Shown: positions 57,876-64,000 of the stretch, piece by piece
Numbering within the stretch: the stretch's first letter is position 1
Layout: each line of letters starts with the position of its first letter
NCBI GenBank assembly: GCA_018715045.1
Contig: DVMH01000033.1
Location: 749-64,748, forward strand
Direction of reading: 5' to 3'
DNA length: 64,000 bases
DNA from: Candidatus Avidehalobacter gallistercoris
GTDB taxonomy: Bacteria > Bacillota > Dehalobacteriia > UBA4068 > UBA4997
Notes under the pieces: model-generated
Told to the model about the DNA's origin: nothing
The model's database searches: none
Seen by the model: the letters and a program-made list of their open reading frames with translations, nothing else
Made by a program: the position numbers and the translations under genes

Positions 57876-58706
57876 TTATTTAGCCTGCTGGCAATGCGGG
57901 CAAAAGCAGCTGCTGCGCCCTGCCACCCTGATGCGCTCAATGATATGGCCGCAATCAGGACAAGGCTCGCCCTGCTTCTGAAAGACTTTCAGCTGCTCCT
58001 GATAACCGCCGCGCTGGTTGTTGCCGTCCACATAATCACGGAAAGTTGTGCCCCGGCTGGCAATGGCCTCCGTCAGGATTTCCCGCATAGCGGCAGTCAG
58101 ACGTTTCTCCTCCGCCGGTGTTAATCCTGCCGCCGAACGCTCCGGGTGAACACCAGCACGGAACAACACCTCATCGGCGTAAATGTTACCCAAACCTGCC
58201 ACCACTGTTTGGTCGAGCAGCACGGCCTTAAGTTTGGCTTTGGGGTGACGTGCCAGCTGAGCATGCAGATACGCAGCGGAAAATTCCGCGTCAAGCGGCT
58301 CCAGCCCAAGAGTGGAAAGTCCTCTGACATCGGCCAGCCCAGCCTCATCCGTCAACCAGAATCGTCCAAACTTTCTTGTATCGTTATAAACCAGCTCCGA
58401 ACCATCATCAAAACTGAAACATGCATGATCATGCTTATGCCGCTTCTCTGCCACCGGATGATAGAGAAGCTTGCCCGTCATTCGCAGATGTACTACCAGC
58501 CGCTCCGCGTTATCAAACCCGAACAGCAGGTATTTGCCCCGACGCCAGAAATCAGTAAATTCATGCCCTGCAAGCGCTGCAAAGGCTGCAGCGTCACCCG
58601 CTGCCAGCAACGTTGGTGTGAAAATCTCCACCTCGCTGATTTTTTTATGTGGCAGCAACGAAAGCAGGCTGCGCCGCACAGTTTCAACCTCTGGTAATTC
58701 CGGCAT
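57876..58706 (-). CDS. mutM: formamidopyrimidine-DNA glycosylase
   Basis: MPELPEVETVRRSL N-terminus (catalytic Pro2/Glu3), H2TH, C-terminal Cys4 zinc finger (CPDCG...CFCPHCQ). Confidence 0.9.
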   Translation of the reverse strand: MPELPEVETVRRSLLSLLPHKKISEVEIFTPTLLAAGDAAAFAALAGHEFTDFWRRGKYLLFGFDNAERLVVHLRMTGKLLYHPVAEKRHKHDHACFSFDDGSELVYNDTRKFGRFWLTDEAGLADVRGLSTLGLEPLDAEFSAAYLHAQLARHPKAKLKAVLLDQTVVAGLGNIYADEVLFRAGVHPERSAAGLTPAEEKRLTAAMREILTEAIASRGTTFRDYVDGNNQRGGYQEQLKVFQKQGEPCPDCGHIIERIRVAGRSSCFCPHCQQAK

Positions 58707-58727
58707 TTCTATCCCCCCAAATTCATG

Positions 58728-61319
58728 TCAAATTTTCTGCATATCGTACCAGTTTTCGCCCACCTTAACGTCAACCACCAGAGGCACGGAAAGTTCAAAC
58801 GCACTCTCCATAGCCTCGCGCACCAACGCAGCCATAGCAGTAATTTCCGCCTCCGGTACGTCAAAAATCAACTCGTCATGCACTTGCAAAAGCATACGGC
58901 TTTGCAGACCCTGTTCCCGCAGCATTCTATCAGCCTTAAGCATAGCCAGTTTGATAATATCTGCGGCCGTACCCTGTATAGGCGTGTTCAGCGCCGTCCT
59001 CTCAGCCATACTGCGCAGGTTAAAGCTGCGGTTATGCAGATCGGGCAGCCAGCGTTTGCGGCCGCACAGCGTTTTAACGTACCCCTGCGCTTTACCCTCC
59101 GCCACAATGTCGCTCATATAACGGCAAACTCCAGCATAACGTCCCAGATACGCATCAATATACGCCCCGGCCTCGGCGCGTGTTATGCCCAGGTCTTTAG
59201 AAAGCCCGTAATCGCTTATGCCGTAAACAATGCCAAAATTGACAGCCTTAGCGCTCCGTCTTTCCTCCGGGGTTACACTTTCTATAGGTTTGCCCAACAC
59301 CTCTGCCGCCGTCCGGGCATGAATGTCCTCGTTGTTGAAAAAGCTCTGTTTCAGCATGGCGTCATCGGAAATATGCGCCAGTACGCGCAGCTCAATCTGC
59401 GAATAGTCCGCCGCCAGCAAACGGCAGCCGTCAGAAGCATGAAAAGCACGGCGCAGGCGTCTGCCCATCTCAGTCCGCACTGGTATATTCTGCAAATTCG
59501 GCTCGGTAGAGGATAAGCGGCCTGTCTCGGTCACCGTCTGATTGAAAGTCGTGTGAATACGCCCGTCTGCGCCGATAAGCTCCTGCAAACCAACGGCATA
59601 GGTGCCCCGCAGCTTACTGGCCGAACGGTAATCAAGGATTTTTCCCGCAATTTCATAGCCCATTGCCGCCAGGTTCTCCAACACCTCAACGTTAGTGGAA
59701 TAACCGGTTTTGGTTTTCTTGAGTGCAGGGAGACGCATTTCCTCAAATAAAACCTCGCTGAGCTGCTTGGGCGAATTAATATTAAACTCCCGCCCTGCCA
59801 ACGTATAAACGCGCGCCGCCGCGTCTGCCTCCAGCGCGGCAAACTCATTGTCCAATTCCTGTAACGTCGCCAGATCAGCCCGTATTCCAGCAGCCTCCAT
59901 GCCGGCTAAAACGTCAGCCAGCGGCAGTTCGACATTCTGGTAAAGCTGCGTTAGCTCCTCCGCTTGCAGTCTGTCAAAAATCACATCTTTAAGCTCCGGC
60001 AAATAGCTTAATCCCAGCGCCGCCAGCTGCTCAGCCAAGTGCGCTTTTTCCACCGGCTTTGCTTTGTTCAGATAAACCGCCGCCAAAGCCAGCGCCTGAT
60101 AATCATTCGCCGCCGGGTTCAGCAGATATGCCGCCAGCGTCAGATCCTCCCTCTCACCGCAGAACTTTGCTCCTCCGGCTGTGAGTAATGCCGTTTGCAG
60201 AGGTTTTACGTCACAGATCAGCAGCTTCTTAGCTGAGAGCCAGCCAGCGTTTTGCAGCAATTCCTCCTGTCCGGCAACATATATCTCCTCTGGCGCCGCT
60301 GCGTCAGCCAGAGCGATTTGACCGCCATAAGCGTTCAGCAGCAAAGCATTAGCCCCTGATAGCCGGGCAGCCGCTTCATCCGGCATCACCGTAATATATG
60401 CAGGGATCGTCGCATCCTCATTCATGGTAAGCCGGGCAGGCGAAGCGTTTTCTAACGGCTTCAGCAGGCTGGAAAAGCCCAAACGGCGGTAAAAATCAAT
60501 CAGCGGTTGGTTCTCAGCCAGAGGCTTATCCGTATAATCGTATTTCGTCAAATCATCAAAGCCCGGCATATGACAGTCGATTATCGCCAGTTTACGCGAA
60601 AGCAGCGCACTTTCCCGCCCCTCGTCCAGCTTTCTATGCAGCGCCTTGGCAGTTATATTGTCAATATTAGCAAGAACGTTGTCCAAATCGTGATATTCAG
60701 CAAGCAGCTTCAGCGCCGTTTTTTCGCCGATACCGGCTATACCAGGGATATTATCTGAGGCATCGCCCATTAACGCTTTCAAGTCAATCATCTGAGCGGG
60801 AGCAAGACCATAATGCTCCATGAGAGCTGCCTCATCCCAAAGCTCCGTCTGGCTGATACCCTTTCTGGTCATAATAACGTTAATATGCGGCTCGATCAAC
60901 TGAAAACTGTCGCGGTCGCCGGTCAAAATCAGTACGTCTCCTCCGGCCGCCGATGCATTTTTGGCAAGAGTGCCAATAATATCGTCAGCCTCAAAGCCCG
61001 CAACTTCCTCCCAAACAACGCCCATCGCATCCAGCATTTGCTTGCACGTTTCAAACTGTGGCGAAAGCTCAGACGGCGTGGCAGAGCGCTGCCCCTTATA
61101 GTCCGCATACATATCGGTGCGAAATGTCCGGCGGCTTTTATCAAAGCACACGGCCACACGGCTGGGGCGCACCTCCGCCAGAATGCGGTTAAACATTGTG
61201 GCAAAACCATACACCGCATTGGTGTATTCTCCCTGTGCGTTGGTCAGAATCGGCAGGGCGAAAAAGGCACGGTGCAGCAATGAACTGCCGTCCACGATAA
61301 GAAATTTTGCATTTGCCAT
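58728..61319 (-). CDS. polA: DNA polymerase I
   Basis: 863 aa. 5'-3' exonuclease (MANAKFLIVDGSSLLHRAFFA), then the polymerase domain (motifs A DYSQIELR, B, C QVHDEL). Confidence 0.95.
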   Translation of the reverse strand: MANAKFLIVDGSSLLHRAFFALPILTNAQGEYTNAVYGFATMFNRILAEVRPSRVAVCFDKSRRTFRTDMYADYKGQRSATPSELSPQFETCKQMLDAMGVVWEEVAGFEADDIIGTLAKNASAAGGDVLILTGDRDSFQLIEPHINVIMTRKGISQTELWDEAALMEHYGLAPAQMIDLKALMGDASDNIPGIAGIGEKTALKLLAEYHDLDNVLANIDNITAKALHRKLDEGRESALLSRKLAIIDCHMPGFDDLTKYDYTDKPLAENQPLIDFYRRLGFSSLLKPLENASPARLTMNEDATIPAYITVMPDEAAARLSGANALLLNAYGGQIALADAAAPEEIYVAGQEELLQNAGWLSAKKLLICDVKPLQTALLTAGGAKFCGEREDLTLAAYLLNPAANDYQALALAAVYLNKAKPVEKAHLAEQLAALGLSYLPELKDVIFDRLQAEELTQLYQNVELPLADVLAGMEAAGIRADLATLQELDNEFAALEADAAARVYTLAGREFNINSPKQLSEVLFEEMRLPALKKTKTGYSTNVEVLENLAAMGYEIAGKILDYRSASKLRGTYAVGLQELIGADGRIHTTFNQTVTETGRLSSTEPNLQNIPVRTEMGRRLRRAFHASDGCRLLAADYSQIELRVLAHISDDAMLKQSFFNNEDIHARTAAEVLGKPIESVTPEERRSAKAVNFGIVYGISDYGLSKDLGITRAEAGAYIDAYLGRYAGVCRYMSDIVAEGKAQGYVKTLCGRKRWLPDLHNRSFNLRSMAERTALNTPIQGTAADIIKLAMLKADRMLREQGLQSRMLLQVHDELIFDVPEAEITAMAALVREAMESAFELSVPLVVDVKVGENWYDMQKI

Positions 61320-61435
61320 AGCGACACCTCAACTGTTTTATTAATATAATTATAACCCAAAATCTCCGTCACATCAATATAAAAACAGAGCGCGGTTTTT
61401 GAGCCGCGCTCTGCACAATTTGCGTTGATTTTATC

Positions 61436-62188
61436 TTAGATATCCAGTTTTTCAATCAATTCCTCCGGGATATCGGCGTTGCTATACACATTTTGAATAT
61501 CGTCATAATCCTCCAATTTACCCAGCAACGTCAGCACTTTTTGCGCCGTTTCCTCGTCGGTGATTTCAATGGTATTGGCGGGAATCATGGTAATTTCCGC
61601 CGTTTCGGTAATAAAGCCAGCCTCCTCCACTGCGTTTTTCACAGTCTCAAGCTCGTCTGGCGCGGTGATAATTTCAATCTGCTCCTCGTCGGGGATAACG
61701 TCTTCAGCCCCTGCGTCAAGCGCAGCCAGCATCAACTCATCAGGATCAACGCTCTCTGCCGGCACTGTCATGCGGCCTTTGCGCTCAAACATATAAGATA
61801 CGCAGCCGGTCTCGCCCAGATTGCCGTTATTACGGGAAAAAATATAACGAACATCGCTGGCCACACGGTTGCGGTTATCCGTCAGCAACTCGCACATGAT
61901 AGCCACGCCACCCGCGCCATAGCCCTCGTAAACGATTTCCTCATAGGCCACGCCCTCAATATTGCCCGCAGCTTTCTGAATGGCACGGTTAACGTTATCC
62001 ATCGGCATATTGGCAGCTTTAGCTTTCTGCACACACAAACGAAGCCGGAAGTTGGCAGCAGGATCAGGACCAGCCTGGCGCACCGCTACAAAAATCTCCT
62101 TGGAGATTTGGGTGAAAACCTTAGCGCGCGCTGCATCAGCCTTGCCTTTCTTATATTTGATGGTTGACCATTTATTATGTCCCGACAT
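61436..62188 (-). CDS. yebC: YebC/PmpR-family DNA-binding transcriptional regulator
   Basis: MSGHNKWSTIKYKKGKADAARAKVFTQ N-terminus is the family hallmark. Confidence 0.85.
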   Translation of the reverse strand: MSGHNKWSTIKYKKGKADAARAKVFTQISKEIFVAVRQAGPDPAANFRLRLCVQKAKAANMPMDNVNRAIQKAAGNIEGVAYEEIVYEGYGAGGVAIMCELLTDNRNRVASDVRYIFSRNNGNLGETGCVSYMFERKGRMTVPAESVDPDELMLAALDAGAEDVIPDEEQIEIITAPDELETVKNAVEEAGFITETAEITMIPANTIEITDEETAQKVLTLLGKLEDYDDIQNVYSNADIPEELIEKLDI

Positions 62189-62284
62189 ATTGAACCTCCC
62201 AAAGTGCAAAAAATCTGTTTCTAAATTATTTTACTCCAAAACTTGTCCTATGTAAAGACGGTTTACAATTTTTTTGCCGGAAAT

Positions 62285-63001
62285 TCACTTGCCGCCACCG
62301 GAAATCAGACCGGATAAACCGCCTGTTCCAGATATACCGCCAAAATTCATATACGTTTCCGGTATCGGTCCCACAATGACGCTCTCCACCAGCGGCAAAG
62401 TGTCGGTTATCTTGGTAAACGTGGTCTGAAACGGCAGCAGAATACCAACCTCCACCTCAATATCCAGCATGACGGTGTGCTTGGTCTGGTTGATACCAGC
62501 AGCGGTGAACTCATCGCGTATCTCGGTGGAAACCGAACCAATCGGCAGCAGCGCCACCACCAGATTCGGTCCCTTGTCCGCCAGCAGCAAATGCCCTGTT
62601 AAGAGACCCAGCGGCACCTCGATATCACTGCGAGAAAGGTTAGAAAGTTTCTCTTCCAGATCGCGCGCAATAGAAGTTACCAAACGGGTTATTTTCACGG
62701 TATCCGGCTGCATAAGTGTGACACGTCCGTTTTCATCAGTGGACACATTAATAAGCTGCTGATAGGCCACGCCGTTACCCAGCTGATCGTATACGGCCTC
62801 ATTGATCAGCCGCACTACCGCCAGATGCACGCGCTGCGCCGCCACTTTCTGCACAATCGGACGCAAAGCTCCGTCCAGAAATACGCAGCCGGCAATAAAG
62901 CAGACCAGCACGGCCAGCACCAGCGGCCAGGACGGTTTTCTAAAGCCTCCGCGCCGCCCGAAGCCCTGCCTTTTCAGCGCACCTCTCATAGCCTCACCCA
63001 A
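62285..63001 (-). CDS. yunB: sporulation protein YunB
   Basis: N-terminal TM and YunB-family core; 238 aa. Confidence 0.7.
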   Translation of the reverse strand: MGEAMRGALKRQGFGRRGGFRKPSWPLVLAVLVCFIAGCVFLDGALRPIVQKVAAQRVHLAVVRLINEAVYDQLGNGVAYQQLINVSTDENGRVTLMQPDTVKITRLVTSIARDLEEKLSNLSRSDIEVPLGLLTGHLLLADKGPNLVVALLPIGSVSTEIRDEFTAAGINQTKHTVMLDIEVEVGILLPFQTTFTKITDTLPLVESVIVGPIPETYMNFGGISGTGGLSGLISGGGK

Positions 63002-63162
63002 ACCGGAGTTTTCTTCTTAAAACCCTATGCCGCGCCGCTTTTTATATGACAGCGGAAAAATATTGCCACTTCACAAGAGTTGTGATATACTATGAAATAA
63101 TGGTTTTATTTATGGCCTAAGCAGCGCACAGCGCTATGTGTGATATTGCAGGAGGTATAGAC

Positions 63163-64000
63163 TATGACAACAGATAATAAAAGGCCAAAACCGGGGGCGG
63201 CAACCTCCGCGGCTTCACCGGAAGCACCCAAGCCTAAAAAGAAACGCAAGCTGCGGAAGAAACGCGTTCTGGCAGCCATTCTTTCGGTATTTCTTATTTT
63301 ATGTGTTCTGGCTGCCGTGGCCACGGTCGTTTATGTGGCCATCGTGCTGAAAGATCTGCCGGATTGGGACGAGACAGTGCTGCTTTCCGATAAGACCACG
63401 TTCCTCTATGATGAAAATGGCGAGATCTTCTCTGAGCTTCATTCCAGCGAGAACCGCACCTACGTTACGCTGGACGATATGCCGGATTATCTGATTGACG
63501 CTTTCCTCGCCACCGAGGATACACGATTCTATCAGCACCACGGTATTGATATTATCCGTATCGGCGGAGCTCTGCTGGCAGATATTAAATCCGGCGGCGC
63601 TTCACAGGGCGCCAGCACCATAACCATGCAGCTGGCTCGTACCGCAATTTTGAACGATTACGACAAAAAGCTGGCAAGAAAAATCAAAGAGGCTGTGCTG
63701 TCTCTCCAGCTGGAGAGCGAGTATTCCAAGGACGAAATTCTGGCGCTTTACCTGAATGAAATCTACTTTGGCCACAGTGCTTACGGCGTACAGGCCGCAA
63801 GCCAGACCATCTTCGGTAAGGACGTTAAGGATATAGACATGGCCGAGGCCGCCACTCTGGTAGGCGTTATCCGTAACCCCAAACTCTATTCGCCGCTTTA
63901 TGATCCAGAGGCGTCTGACCGGGTGAAGCGTCAGGTGCTGAAGAACTTAAGCGAGTATACCGATAAATACCCGGAGGCCGATATTGAGGCCGCCAAGGAG
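63163..64000 (+). CDS. class A penicillin-binding protein (PBP1A-type), partial; glycosyltransferase domain start, gene runs off the window end
   Basis: GGAGGTATAGACT-ATG. Lys-rich N-terminus, TM, then GT51 motifs (EDTRFYQHHGID, GASTITMQLAR, RKIKEAVLSLQLE, EILALYLN). The frame is open to 64000. Confidence 0.8.

Overview
This is a 64-kb chromosomal window, about 55-58% GC, that looks like a Clostridia-type (Oscillospirales-like) Firmicutes genome. The inference rests on the gene order maf-mreBCD-mrdA-minCDE-rodA-dacA, the ytaF-coaE-mutM-polA order, sporulation genes (yunB, ytaF), SLH-domain proteins and an AarC-type CoA-transferase. Most of the window is housekeeping, read on both strands: ilvD-ilvN-ilvB, priA, an Fe-ADH, a heterodimeric ABC exporter, metA, the cell-shape/division supercluster, folC, valS, tRNA-Ala(GGC), a DNA-alkylation repair cluster (alkA, ada-Zn, ogt), feoAB with a divergent dtxR, an HlyD plus ABC-2 permease operon, a probable tRNA-Leu(GAG), NAPRTase, polA, yebC, yunB and a partial PBP1A. 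The most unusual locus is a low-GC (about 40-45%) insert at 41.8-44.4 kb on the minus strand. It encodes a 300-aa radical-SAM protein with a Cys-rich SPASM/twitch-like C-terminus, translationally coupled to a 417-aa HemN-like (class C) radical-SAM protein. Upstream of them sit a strongly RBS-led 42-codon ORF (a candidate precursor peptide) and an ECF sigma/anti-sigma pair, separated from the peptide by an intrinsic terminator. This looks like an uncharacterised, horizontally acquired RiPP-like or cofactor-maturation module. Other items of interest are two small AT-rich islets (8.4-9.7 kb and 54.3-54.9 kb), a 29-bp perfect palindrome with CCAGAA repeats downstream of tRNA-Ala, a MinC reduced to its C-terminal domain, an MFP plus ABC-2 permease operon without an ATPase, and an SLH-domain gene remnant. 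No CRISPR array, integrase or transposase was seen.
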